DNA of 60,000 nt from Malacoraja senta (taxonomy: Eukaryota), in the NCBI GenBank assembly GCA_038087875.1, contig CM075988.1:13022001-13082000 (forward strand). Direction: 5' to 3'. A program made the translations under genes and the position numbers. Positions 23,421-36,500 of the stretch are shown piece by piece (positions within the stretch are counted from its first letter, which is position 1; each line of letters begins with the position of its first letter). Below the pieces are notes generated by a model, which worked only from the letters and a program-made list of their open reading frames with translations, was not told the DNA's origin and searched no databases.

Positions 23421-25109
23421 CCCAAATTCAGCCAATTAAGGGAAGGTTGGTCATTTGTATATCCTTTTCTACAACTTTTGTTATCCTTTCTTCTGTCGAA
23501 AGACTTCATGCCCTTCGATTGACAATAAAATACAGTTAGTCCCATCTACGTACATTCTAAGTATATTAACATTTTGACCATGTTACAACCAGTTATGTAA
23601 ACAAAATAGATAATAATCATAATAAAGGGATTGTAATGTAGAGAACAACAGTGACTAAAACAATAAATAGGAAATTATAATGTAAATGTATACTATTAGG
23701 TGGACACCCAAATTCCTCCTTACCTCAGAGAGTAATGCAAGCTTGATACCTTGCCGTCAAAGATAACTATCATGATATATAAAGAAAATTGCCACCATTT
23801 TACTTAGAGAATAGCTCAGAGCAACCATATGGTCCAAGCGTGTTGATGAAAACCAAACGGAACAGTTACTGTATTGCACAGAAAGCTCAAAGTTTATTCA
23901 TTTCCAATTAACAGGAGAAGTGCAGATGCCATTGATTACTGAGGCATTTGCAGCTGAAGAGAAAACCATAGCCTGAGGTTGATTGCTGTAACTGGGAAGA
24001 TAACCTTGCAGAATTGTAACACAATAAACTAAAAATACATTACATGGCTTGAAGGGGCATATTAATAATCAAAATAGGAGATTTTCACAAACTCATGGGA
24101 TTCTGGCACTGTCTAGAATCACTTTATTTTCTTTTAAATAGCCTATTACTGTAGATATTACCATTTTTGCAAATCATTGTGCATCTAACTGTCAATTAGA
24201 TTATAGATTGGCAGCCAAAGTAGACAATGTATTTTTGGTACAGATGAGGATATATATTGCAGTTAAGTTCAACTTTTTACTACTAAATTAACTAGTGTGA
24301 GGTACAGTATGAACAGACTCGAGCAAAACCTTACATTATTATATTAAAAGCACCAGCTTCACAACTTCCCAGTAGATTTCTGCAAAATCTTCCTTGATGT
24401 ATGTCTGGTAATGACACAGCAGTGGAGATGGATTCACACATGAGCAGCATGATGCACTCTGATGGCTTCTCTCTGCGCCATGCTGGTCTGAAAATGGAAT
24501 AAATCCTGCAACATAGAACCAAAGCAACATGTGCATAAACAAACTGCAGCCTACAGTGATTTTGCAACAATCTAATCTCAGCATTTAAATGGCAGTTAAA
24601 AACAATTGCGGCTTACAACCTATTTCAAATTCTGTAATGTAATAATTGTCATCCATCTCTCTCAGGTGTCTATTATTCTTCATGCTGCTATGCACGAGAC
24701 CACAAAGACAAGGTGCAGAGTAGCAGATATGCTTTCTGCCTTAAATTATGAGGAATAGGAAATCTCAGTAGGATATGTTATTGTTAGATTTCATCATAAC
24801 AACAGACTTATATTTAAGTGACCTGGCCCTCTGGGTGCATAAGTGGCATTGGCATCCTGTTACTTCACCTACCTGTCAATCTTCGCCAAACGTCCAGGCG
24901 GGGAATTTCATCTGGCTGTTCAACAAACAGATTGGTAGGAGACTGTATTATTTTACAGCTTCCCGAATATTCTCAATAGCAAATTTCTGGCAGTAACAAT
25001 CATTAAAATTTTAATCTCTTTTCCTTAAGCTTTCAGAGCCAGACTTTTCAAAGGCCAAAGTTTATACAGCAATGAAAAATAATGAATAGAGTATTCCAAT
25101 TAATCCAAT

Positions 25110-25262
25110 TCCTTGCCCCTCCTCTCTCCAGCTTTCTTCCTTCCACCACCCCATCAGTCTGAAGAAAGGTTCCAACCCTACACGATGCCTATCCATGTTC
25201 CCCAGGGAGGCTGCTTGACTCGCTGAGTTACTCCAGCACTTTGTGTCTTTATTTAAACCAAT
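25110..25262 (+). mobile_element. Short Penelope-derived repeat (degenerate)
   Basis: catcagtctgaagaaagg...cgctgagttactccagcactttgtgtc. Confidence 0.7.
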
Positions 25263-26401
25263 TCCCTGCTCCTTCCCTGTGTTCATGTCTTCAATCCCCT
25301 TTGAAATGCTACTGTTTGAGTTTATCTCCTTAATATTTTAAGGTAATGCATCTCAGAATACAACATGCTAAGTTAAGAATCTTTTAACTTATTGTATTAT
25401 TGTGTCACCTCTGGTGTTGTGCCAATGATCCCGATTCCCAACTTTCCTCCCACTATTGAGCTTTTCTTTGATCTAATCAAACTAACGATAAATTTGAACA
25501 TGCCTTATCAAATCGCCTTTCAGCCTTCTCTGCTCATGCAGAACACAGGGGCATGTATGTCACCCTGAGATATTTCTCCCTGATGTCTTGATCCACGTTG
25601 ATCTAAAATTTAATGCCAATAGTCATATATCAGTCAAGGTATAATGTCTTTGTCAGATCAAATTGTATACAAAAAGGCTGCTGCATTTAACTATATTAAT
25701 TTCACTTTGGCTAAAACCTGCTTTGGGGCTTCATGAATTAGGCTGTGTACATGGGAGTTCTTTATTTCTGTCTTTGACTGGTACCACCGCACATGGCATT
25801 TCATGCAATATACTATTAAACCAACGTGATGATAGCATGATCACAACACTATCATTCTTCCTCTGACAATTTTCGTTTAAGAGTTTAAAGTCAATTATTG
25901 TGAGTTGAGAATTTGTGAATTACTGAGACCAAAAAATTTCTTGCAAATTTATGTCTGCAGTTAAAGTCTTGTTGGAAAGTTCCATAATTTCTTCCATTTT
26001 ATTAAACTTGAATTGTTCACAACAATCCGAGACCAAGTTTTGGAGCGTTCTATGACAGGCAGTTGTTTCTTTACAAGTTGACATTCCCATAAAAAAAATG
26101 TTGAAGTGTGATGGAAAGGTTTCTGTATATCCAAGCGTTAATGTGCATGGGTCATTCTGAAATATGTTTTAATTTGACCTAATTTATCAGGCATGAAGCA
26201 CTGCGAACGCTGTACACCGGATCAAGGTCTGGTGCTTAACCATTCATCGTCGTGGGGTGCTGGTTCCATTCCCTCATTGAACTCAACATGAAGTTGAAGC
26301 ATTCCTTGAGTGGAGGCCACTCAACAATTCCTGGTCCACAGATGTTAAGGTGAGTCAGATAATTACGAGTGAAAGGGGATAGGAAACAATCTGTAGAAGC
26401 T

Positions 26402-27862
26402 CCCTCAATAACTTCTCATTTGACTCCTCCTATTTCCTCCAAATGCAAGGCGTAGCTATGGGCACATGCATGGGCCCCAGCTACGCCTGCCTCTTTGTCA
26501 GGTACGTAGAACAATCCTTGTTCAATACGTACCTGGACCTCATCCCCGACCTCTACCTCCGCTACATCGATGACTGTTTTGGTGCCACCTCCTGCATCCA
26601 CACACAACTGACTGACTTCATCCGCTTCACCACCAACTTCCATCCGGTACTCAAATACACCTGGACCATTTCCGAAACTTCCCTACCATTCCTTGACCTC
26701 ACTATCTCCATCGCAGGTGATAGACTTCTTACCGACATCCATTACAAACCTACCGACTCCCATGGCTATCTGGACTACACTTCTTCCCACCCTGCTTCCT
26801 GTAAGGACTCCATCCCCCACTCCCAATTCCTCCGTCTACGCCGCATCTGCTCCCAGGATGAGGCGTTCCACACCAGGGCATCCGAAATGTCCTCATTCTT
26901 CAGGGAATGGGGGTTCCCCTCCTCCACCATAGATGAGGCTCGCACCAGGGTCTCTGCCATACCCCGCAACACTGCACTCTCTCCCATCCCCCCACTCACA
27001 ACAAGGGCAGAGTCCCCCTAGTCCTCACCTTTCACCCCACCAGCCGTCACATACAACAAGTGATCCTCCGTCAGTTTCGCCACCTCCAACGTGACCCCAC
27101 CACTCGCCACATCTTCCCATCTCCCACATGTCTGCCTTCCACAAAGACCGCTCCCTCTGTAACTCCCTTGTCAATTCTTCCCTTCCCTCCCGTACCACCC
27201 CCTCCCCGGGTACTTTCCCTTGCAACCGCAAGAGATGCAACACTTGTCCCTTCACCTCCCCCTCGACTCCATTCAAGGACCCAAGCAGTCGTTCCAGGTG
27301 CGACAGAGGTTCACCTGCATCTCCTCCAACCTCATCTATTGCATCCGCTGCTCTAGATGTCAGCTGATCTACATCGGTGAGACCAAGCGGAGGCTTGGCG
27401 ATCGTTCGCCGAACACCTCCGGTCGGTCCGCAATAACCAACCTGACCTCCCGGTGGCCCAGCACTTCAACTCCCCCTCCCATTCCATATCTGACCTCTCT
27501 GTCCTGGGTCTCCTCCATGGCCACAGCGAGCAACACCGGAAATTGGAGGAAATGCACCTCATATTCCGCTTGGGCAGTCTACATCCTGGGGGCATGAACA
27601 TTGAGTTCTCCCAATTCTGCTAGCCCTTGCTGTCCCCTCCCCTTCATCAGCCCTCTGGTTGTCTCCTCCCATCCCCCAGCCCTCGGGCTCCTCCTCCGCC
27701 TTTTTTCCTTTTTTCTTTCTTCCCCATCCCCTATCAGTCTGAATAAGGGTTTCAGCCCGAAACGTTGCCTATTTGCTTCGCTCCATAGATGCTGCTGCAC
27801 CCGCTGAGTTTCTCCAGCATTTTGTGTACCTTTGATTTTCCAGCATCTGCAGTTCCTTCTTT
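26402..27862 (+). mobile_element. 5'-truncated Penelope-like element (Neptune-type) with RT, Cys-rich linker, GIY-YIG endonuclease and pseudo-LTR; frameshifted
   Basis: QGVAMGT..GPSYACLF and YLRYIDD RT motifs (26443-27021), CNRKRCNTC linker, NLIYCIRC..C..IYIGETKRRL GIY-YIG motif. Flanking direct repeat AACAATCTGTAGA(A/G)GCT at 26385-26401 and 27863-27879. Confidence 0.92.
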
Positions 27863-28340
27863 AACAATCTGTAGAGGCTTGCTGTGCATAACTTCTGTTT
27901 ATCGGTTCACCAAGTTTATAAGACTTAGAAAATATTATATTGGATGTAAAATAACTCGGAATGGCATGAAATGGAAGTCGTATTTTACTCATGGCTTTCA
28001 CTCCAAACTTCATTTCAATGGAAATCTTGTCTTGCATGAATTAATAATTTTACTGTTCCAAAGTTTGCACAAACTCTTGTCACTCTTAGAACTCAGTCGG
28101 GTAGCCTTTATTGAGGCTTTGTTCATTGCTGCTCTCAACTTTAATACATCGACAGCACCTGTTGGGAATTTTCTTTTAAGAAGACAACCGTCTGAGATTA
28201 TACCCTGTGGGCAACTTTGGGGAGTCTAAGTTCCAAACTTCCTAAACTTCCAGTCAAACAAATTAACTGCCTTCAGCTACATTCCTAAGATGTAAGAGAA
28301 AATGATTCCAGCAACTGTTCACAAGACGCTGCCCAGGATG

Positions 28341-29280
28341 TTTGGAGTACTGTGCTCAGTTTTGGTCATGCTGCTATAGGAAAGATGTCATTAAGCTGGA
28401 AAGAGTGCAGAGAAGATATACTAGGATGTTGTCAGGACCAGGCTCAAAGCTATAGGGAGAGGTTGGGCAGGGTAAGGCTTTATTCCATGGAGCGCAGGAG
28501 GATTAGGGGAGTATGATACCATGAAGGGAAAAGATACGGTAGATGCACAGAATCTTTCACCCAGTGTAGGGTAATCAAGAATCAGAGGACAAAGGTTTAA
28601 AATGCGAGGGGAGAAATTTAACAGAATCCTGAGGGGCAACTGTTTCATATAGAGGGTGGCGGGTATATGGAACGATCTGCCAAAGGAGGCAGTTGAGGCA
28701 GGTACTGTAACAAAACTTCAAATGACATTTGGATAGAAACATAGAAAATAGGTGCAGGAGTAGGCCATTCAGCCCTTCGAGCCTGCACCACCATTCAATA
28801 TGATCATGGCTGATCATCCAACTCAGTATCCCGTACCTGCCTTCTCTCCATACCACATGATCCCCTTAGCCACAAGGGCCACATCTAACTCCCTCTTAAA
28901 TATAGCCAATGAACTGGCCTCAACTACCTTCTGTGGCAGAGAATTCCAGAGATTCACCACTCTGTGTGAAAAATGTTTTTCTCATCTCGGTCCTAAACGA
29001 CTTCCCCCTTATCCTTAAACTGTGACCCCTTGTTCTGGACTTCCCCAACATTGGGAACAATCTTCCTGCATCTAGCCTGTCCAACCCCTTAAGAATTGTG
29101 TAAGTTTCTATAAGATCCCCCCTCAATCTTCTAAATTCTAGCGAGATAGATACATGGATAGAAAATGTTTAGAGGGATATGGGCCAAATGTAGGCAGGTG
29201 GACTAGCATAGATGTGGTATTTTGGTCGGCATGGACATGGTGGGCCAAAGTGCCTGTTTCCATGCTGTATAACTCTATCA
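28341..29280 (+). mobile_element. CR1 3' fragment interrupted by an antisense CR1
   Basis: LEYCAQFWS.CYRKDVIKLERVQRR-like sequence running to the CR1 3' end, resuming at 29145. Confidence 0.8.
28738..29144 (-). mobile_element. Younger CR1 3' fragment nested in CR1
   Basis: Translation RGDLIETYTILKGLDRLDAGRLFPMLG.SRTRGHSLRIRG, (TTTCTATG)n-type tail, GATAGA repeated at 28732-28737 and 29145-29150. Confidence 0.85.
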
Positions 29281-30917
29281 CATCTTGGATACATTGGTAT
29301 GTTCCACAATTGGGATGACATAGATGCAAAGATTCCATTTGATCTTCTTGCTTTCTTACATGTGCTTTTACAGGATAGCGGAAATTGCACAGCTATAGAT
29401 CTCAGCTTCCTCGTGAATGAGTAGTTCAAAGGCATCAATCTCCTGAAACTAGACACGTGATTTGGACCGGCATAAAAGCAACACTGACACTGAACCGAAG
29501 CATTAGACCACAATAAACTCAGCATTTAAAAAAAAAACATGTTCCTAGGAATTCAAGTTCAATTGCTGTTGCAGCTAATAGCAATCTCTGTGGTTATCTC
29601 CAGCATGAACTGAAAGTAATTAAAATCTCTAATAATTGCTTGTGTTCACCTTGCCCTCCGTGCCTGTGTCTAGTCCTTCACACCAATTCAATCTTCCCTT
29701 CAGGCTGCGAGAAATCAAAAATCCAAACAATGAGATTAATAAGCAGCTTGAACTAGGGATAAAGACCATCACCTTTTTGATGAGCCATTTCATCGCAACC
29801 ATCAGAGCTGCACCTTTGAAGTTTGATGTGAGTGTTATTAACCTGTGCACAAGCCTCTCAGAAAATGCACTTCTATAAATTATTTTGATGTGTGATTAAA
29901 AAGCTTAAATTGCCAGCTGCTAATGATGGTGAACCTCTATTTTATTGTCAGCATAGCTCTGAGGCAGCAATATATTTAAGCACGGACTAGCAGCAGCTTG
30001 GGTATTTGCAATCCAAGAGACACCTGCTGCTCATTCCCCCTGAATATGGATTCGGGCAACATTTTAAAACATACTATAACCAAATCCTGCTGAAGCAATC
30101 TCCGTTCAATTTGCATTTTACTCATTTTCTTTTCAGCAATGCAATCCAGCGGTAACGCTGCCTCCCTTCCTCGGTCATTGCTATTCTGCCTCATTCCAAT
30201 TTAATTTCAGATTAATTGTGTGACATTTTCTTTAGCAGTTTATCTGGATTTGCATTGGGATATGCTTGTGACGACTATGGATACAAGTCAGCTGCAGCCT
30301 GCTGGCACCAGGGATAAGACATGTTGCCACCTTCAGTTTTACTTCATCATTCGCACACCTGTAATTTGCATTGTTTACCATAGAGATAATAACACGAATG
30401 GATGTGATCATAGCTAAAACATGCTTCATTTATTTGTAATGAGAATATAGTTTTAATCCGACCAGATAGAGATTCCAAGTAGTTCAGTATTAACACGGAA
30501 AAGTACAGTACCTTCAGGAAGCTGGACCTTCGGCCCACAATGTCACGTTGGACATGATGCCAAGCCAAACTATTTTCCTCTTCCTGCACGTGATCCACAT
30601 CACACCATTCCCAGCATATCCATGTGCCAAATGCAGGCTGGTGAGACAAGAGTAGATGGTGCATCTTGGTTGATATGGGCAAGTTGGGCCGAATGGCCTG
30701 TTACCATGCTGTATGACTCAATGACAATTTACCTTGACTTGAAGAGGAGAATCTACTGGTCTTTGATGTACAGCTATTCACAGAGGAACCTCAGTCACGT
30801 ACTGAACCCTGTCGCTGATTACGAGAAACAGGTATTTTTTTGCAATTGTACTAGAGGGAGGTGAATGTCAACAGTCAGGTCCATTTGTCTTGTAACTTCA
30901 TCCTGGCTCGGTTTCAT

Positions 30918-31215
30918 TAGTTTAGTTTAGAGATACTGCGTGGAAACAGGCCCTTATGCCCACCGAGTCTGTGTCGACCAGCGATCCCCGCACATTAACA
31001 CTGTCCTATACACCTAAGAAAAATTTACATTTATACCAAGCCAGTCAACCTACAAAACAAGAGTGTGGGAAGAAACCAGAGATCCCGGAGAAAACCCACA
31101 CAGGTCACGAGGAGAACGTACAAACTCCGTACAGGCAGCACCCATAGTCAGGATCAAACCCGGCACTCTGGCGATGGAGAGCAGCGACTCTGCTGCTGCA
31201 CCACCGTGCCGCCCC
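30918..31215 (-). mobile_element. tRNA-derived SINE (HE1/V-SINE-like)
   Basis: Full head, body and tail similar to the other copies. Confidence 0.85.
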
Positions 31216-31526
31216 TTCGTGGCCATTGCTGAGTCATTTGTCCTCACTGCCAGGGATACCTTTAGCCAAGCAGCGTTCCTGATAACAAGAAATAAAAATA
31301 GAAAATGCTCAAATTTCAATGGGCCAGGTGGTTTAGGTGGAAAGAGAAACATAGTTAGAGTTTCATGTCAAAGACACTTCAGACGAATCGGAAAAGAGAA
31401 AACGGTTGAGATTTTGGCTAAACTTTCTCAACACACATTCATGTGGTGACTTTGGTCAAGAGGGATGGCAAAGGCAGGGTTGGGATTTTACACGGAATAA
31501 TTGCAGAGACATTCCATTATAGCTGT

Positions 31527-31677
31527 CGATAGCCACAAAATGCTGGAGTAACTCAGCTGAAGAAGGGCCTCGACCTGAAACATCACCCATTCCTTCTCTC
31601 CAGAGATGCTGCCTGTCCCGCTGAGTTACTCCAGCATTTTGTGTCTATCTTCTGTTTAAACCAGCATCTGCAGTTCC
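31527..31677 (+). mobile_element. Short Penelope-derived repeat with an inverted 5' segment
   Basis: cacaaaatgctggagtaactcag is inverted relative to ctgagttactccagcattttgtg. Flanked by TTATAGCTGT (31517-31526, 31678-31687). Confidence 0.8.
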
Positions 31678-32038
31678 TTATAGCTGTTGTACTGTTCAAA
31701 AATTTATAAAAAGTTATGGGTGTTCAAAAGAAAGAATCGGCCCGAGGATTTTCAATTGTCCAAAAATCCCACAATCATATTTTATGAAAAATACAGTATT
31801 ATATCTATTCTATTTTCTGATCAATGGCACTTATCCAATATCACACATTTGGAAAAAAATGGTTTGAGACCACAGTTGTAATCATGTGCATATCCAGCAG
31901 AGGGAGCTTCAGTCCAGGTGAGAACATTGCTTATTTGAGGATGAAAAGCAAACACTCCAGACGCTGGATGTTTGAAATAAAAACAGAAAATGCTTGAAGT
32001 AGCGTTCATCAGAAAGATCATCAACCTGAAATTATTAA

Positions 32039-32205
32039 GGGCCTGTCCCACTTACGCGATTTTTTTCGGCAACTTACCGGCACCCATCATAGTCGCAGCA
32101 GGTCACCGAAAATTTTCAAAATGTTGAAAATCCAGCGGTGACCAGAAAAAGGTACGACTGTTTGGGGGACTACTCACAACCAAACAGGCCTCACCCCGCG
32201 ACTTG
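32039..32205. mobile_element. Truncated second copy of the MITE at 21287-21500
   Basis: Left TIR and internal sequence colinear with 21288-21445; right TIR absent. Confidence 0.8.
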
Positions 32206-32679
32206 TCAATACAACAGTGAGCCAAAGCGCCTGTTTCCTTGCAATATGACTCGATGATATAATGAGTGTCTTCTGGAAGCAGCTAGTCTGCACTTCTGCA
32301 CTCCAAAATTATCACAATGTATTCTCAGCCCTCTCCACAGGAGCTGCCTGTCAGTTCCCACTGGCTCAGATGGTGCTCGCCACTCCCAGCCTTGAGGGGC
32401 AATTATCAGTAGTAAGCACAAAACCAGGGCAATTAATGCTGACCGGTTATTCCAAGCGCAATAATGTCAAAGCACAGAGTTTGCATGCAATCTCCACTCG
32501 TTCAGTTCAGGGGTGAATGAAATGCATATAATCATACAACACAGAAACAGGCCCTTCGACCCACCATGTCCATGCCATTTACCGGAACTATCCAATTAAA
32601 CCCCATCTCTCCAGCTTCCTTTATCATAACCATATCTTTGTGCCTTTCTATAAACAATGTCTCAGCTTCTACCAGTGGA

Positions 32680-32945
32680 ACAGTGGTGCATCTGGTGGAG
32701 CTGCAGCCTCACAGTACCAGAGACTGGGTTCGATCCTGAACTCGGGTGCTGTCTGTGTGGAGTTTGCAGTTTATCCTTGGGACCATGTAGATTTCCTCTG
32801 GGTGCTCTGGTTTCCTCCAATATCCCAAAGACGTGCAGCCGGCATGTGGGACCATTGACCTCTCTGTGGACTCTCCCCATATCTGAGTGGGTTTCCTCCA
32901 TTTCCTCTCACATCCATGATGTGCTGGTCAGTAGTTAACTGGCGT
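32680..32945 (+). mobile_element. Old tRNA-derived SINE with an internal duplication
   Basis: B box ggttcgatcc and SINE body; the gggtttcctc...tttcct segment occurs twice. Confidence 0.65.
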
Positions 32946-33638
32946 ACAAAGTCAGCAATCCCTCCCCTACCCCACCCTGTGTAGGGCAGTGGTAGGGCAA
33001 TCTAGGTGGACTAGACTTTAGAGGTTCAGCGGGGAAACATGCCCTTTGGCCCACCAAGTCTGCACCGACCAGCAATCACTCTGTACACTAGCACTATCCT
33101 ACACACAGTCTGTGCTTTGGTTTGCAGGTTGCAGCAGGAGAATATGCATTTGAATGCTTCCTCAAGCCTGCATTCAATGCATGGCCTGTCCCATATACAC
33201 GCACTTATCCAGTTCATCCTCTCAGTTTCTGAACTTGCACTTTCCTGCAGCTTTATTCTTTGCTGGATGAAGTGGTTTTTTCATTGAAGAGCTACTCTGA
33301 TAAATTGTTCACAACACAAAGGCTGCCATTCACACTATAATTGTGTAAGCAGCATTCAAGATGAAGGATAATTGCCATATCCCTTTTATCCAAAGGGCAA
33401 TTACTTCAAATCCTTATCCGCACAACCTGTAGCAAAGCAGACTACGAATATGCTTTTATTAAAAAATATTAAACATTCTGAAAACGTAAACACAGATATC
33501 AGGAGCATGGAAAGGATCAGTTTTAGATTCTGCTGTAATACTGCTTCTGATTTTTCCTCCAATAAATGTTTATCTATCTATCTATCTATCTAATAGACCT
33601 CATCCACAGTCTCAGCCAAGCCATCACAAAAAGGATAA

Positions 33639-33990
33639 TTAGTTTAGTTTAGTTTAGAGATACAGCACGGAAACAGGCCTTTCGGCCCACTGAGACCGCA
33701 CCAACCAGCAATCCTTGTACACTTGCACTATCCTACACACACTAGGGACAATTTACAAATATACTAAGTCAACTAACCTACAAACATGTACGTCTTTGGT
33801 GTGTGGGAGGAAACCGGAGCTCCCGAAGAAAACCCAAGTGGACACGGGGAGAAGTACAAACTCCATACGGATAGCACCCGTAGTCAGGATCAAACCTGGG
33901 TCTGACCTGCTGCCTGACCTACTGAGTTACTCCAGCATTTTGTGTCTGTCTTCGGTATTAGCCCGCATCTGCAGTTCCTTCCTACACATT
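33639..33990 (-). mobile_element. SINE (minus, about 33639-33902) fused to a Penelope-derived short repeat (plus, about 33908-33990)
   Basis: The SINE tail and body end at the B box, then tgctgcctgacctactgagttactccagcattttgtgtc begins. Confidence 0.75.
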
Positions 33991-34567
33991 TTGGCTTATA
34001 GGTGATGTGTTTAACTCTTAATTTTGAAATAGACCAACAAGCCACTCATGTCAAGGGCAAATAGAAGCACAATAAATGTTTATGACAGTATTGCCCATAA
34101 TCCATCAAAGAAGGCAAATCATGGTGAGGGAGGGCAATGAAGGTTTGTTAGGGGAAGATATAAATAGAGAAGATGAATGAGAATGGAGAAGAGAGTTTAA
34201 AAAAAAATCAATGCTAGAACAAACAAATGCAGAACACAGAAGTTGTTGGAAATTCAGAATAAAGGAGACTGCTGAAAATACACAATAGGTTAGGCAGCAT
34301 CTGTGGAGAGAGGGGAAAAAATGAGTTGGCCATGCCTGATGAAATCATTGACGTAAAATATAAATTCTCTTTCACAGATGCTGCCTAATCCAATAATGTT
34401 TCTGTTCAGATTGGACTTTGAGAATGTTGCATTCAAGATGGATTACAAGCACTACTGTGCCAGACCTGTAAATGTAAATTCAACCTTTGCATGAAGTGAA
34501 ATTATATTCAATACCTCAGACTTTTAGTTAATGGAGGGAGATATAACTAAAACAATATTTAATTTTT

Positions 34568-35819
34568 TTTTTTTTTAAATTTGTGATATAAATTTTTATT
34601 AGAAGCAAACATATTACAGTGTAGAGTAACATATTATAATAGAATAGAAGAAAAAACTTTTCATATACATCAATCATTCATACATTATTAAATTTGTCAA
34701 TTGTCAGTTAATTCTGCTTCTAGTGTTTTTTTTATATAGTTGGAAAAAGAAAAATAGAGAGAAAGAAGAGAAAGAAAGAAGAATTTCAATATCAAAAAAG
34801 AAAAAAAGGTGGAATGAATAACTTATAATACGTCATAGGAGATAAGTTCGTAGGTTATGAAATATAATTACATCTAATCCTGAGTTCAAGCTTCAGTCGG
34901 GCTTTCGCGCTGGGCCACTCTATCCCTTCAAATAGGCAATGAATGGAGCCCATATTTTAACAAAAGTTCTTGCTTGTCCATTAAGACGAGTCTAATTCTT
35001 TCTAGATGTAGGGTCTCCGACATTTCCACAATCCACATTTTAATTGTGGGGGTTGTAGGGCCTTTCCAGAATTTTAATATTAATTTTTTCCCTGTTATTA
35101 TACTGTAGTCAAGGAAGTTTCTTTGGCTTGTTGTGAGTGTTAAACTTTGTTCTGATATCCCAAGTATTATTAATTTTGAGTCTGGAGCTAGTTTGGTATT
35201 AACAACTTCAGAGATTATTTGAAACATATCAGTCCAGTAATTTTTAATTTTTATACAATTTGCAAAGGTATATGTTAAATTGGCCTCTAGATGCAGGCAT
35301 TTATCACATATAGGAGAAATATGTGGGAAAATTCTATTTAGTTTTATTTTGGAATAATGTAATCTGTGTAAGACTTTAAATTGTATTAAAGCATGTCTGG
35401 CATTTAACGAACATTGATGTATATGTTGTAAACTTTCGTCCCAAATATCTTTCGTAATAGGATAACCTAACTCATTTTCCCATTTATGTCTATATAGTTC
35501 CATCGGTGGTTCCTCATTATTTAAGAGAATGTTATAAATATAAGCTATTCATTTTTCAGTGTTAGGATGCTTATTCAAACATTCATCAAGAATTTCTGGT
35601 TCCCTAGTCCTATAAACTTGTGTATTGGATTTAACATAATCTCTAATTTGTAAATATCTGAAAAAGTTATTTGAGTGTAGTCCATGATTCTGTTGTAACT
35701 CTTGAAATGACAGAAAGATGCCTTCCCTATAAAGATGTCCAATCCTTTTAATTCCATGATTTTTCCATTGTATAAAACCTCTATCCAATATGGATGGCTT
35801 GAATAGAGGATTATTTACA
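34568..35819 (-). mobile_element. 5'-truncated L1-clade LINE (ORF2 C-terminus, 3' UTR, poly(A))
   Basis: ORFs 34928-35503 and 35549-35869 with QFKVLHR.HY...CDKC...(Y)TF.NC zinc-knuckle region and FFRYLQIR motif. AATAAA and poly(A) on the minus strand near 34563-34600. TSD AATATT(T/G)AATTTTT at 34554-34567 and 35820-35833, followed by AA. Confidence 0.9.
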
Positions 35820-36024
35820 AATATTGAATTTTTAACTAACTTTTTGAACCCAATTTGAAATTTGCACAACAGTTAGTGATATTTTGTGCAACATAACTTT
35901 TATACTTGTATTCCATTGTTGAGATTAATTTAAAAAAATCTTTCTAGTGTTCGCAGAAAATATTCTTTAAAATATCTAGTGTTTTTCACAGGAACTAAAT
36001 CAACCAGAAATTGATATCACAAAA

Positions 36025-36500
36025 TCATAGAGTCACACAGCACAAAAAGAGGCCATTCAGCCCACCATGAAGAAACTGGCTGTCAAATGGCCATCAATAC
36101 TAATCCTTTTCACTGGCACTTGGTCTGCAGCTTTCTCTGCATGGATGATTCAAATACTTGTTTAGGTACTTTGTAAATTGCATGAAACTATCTGCCTCCA
36201 CACAGGCAGTGTTGTCCATATCTTTCTGCCTCCACTCAGGCAGTGTGGTCCAGATTCTAACACACTTTTGGGTAAAAACATTTCCTGCGATCCCACCAAT
36301 CCTCTTTCCCTTAATTCTCAACATATAATTTCAGACAGTTCCATTCTGAGGAAATGTTTCCTAGCATCTATGCTACATTTGTCCTTTATAATATTGCATA
36401 CTCTTATTTAATCCCCTCCTCAGTCTCCTCTGCTCCAAGGTAAACAAACCCAGCATATCCATTCCCTCCCCCATAACTAAAATCATGTCACCCTAGGCTG
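36025..36500 (-). mobile_element. Old CR1 3' fragment
   Basis: Translation LRIKGKRI.G...NVFTQKCVRIWTTLPE...VEADS. Confidence 0.75.
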
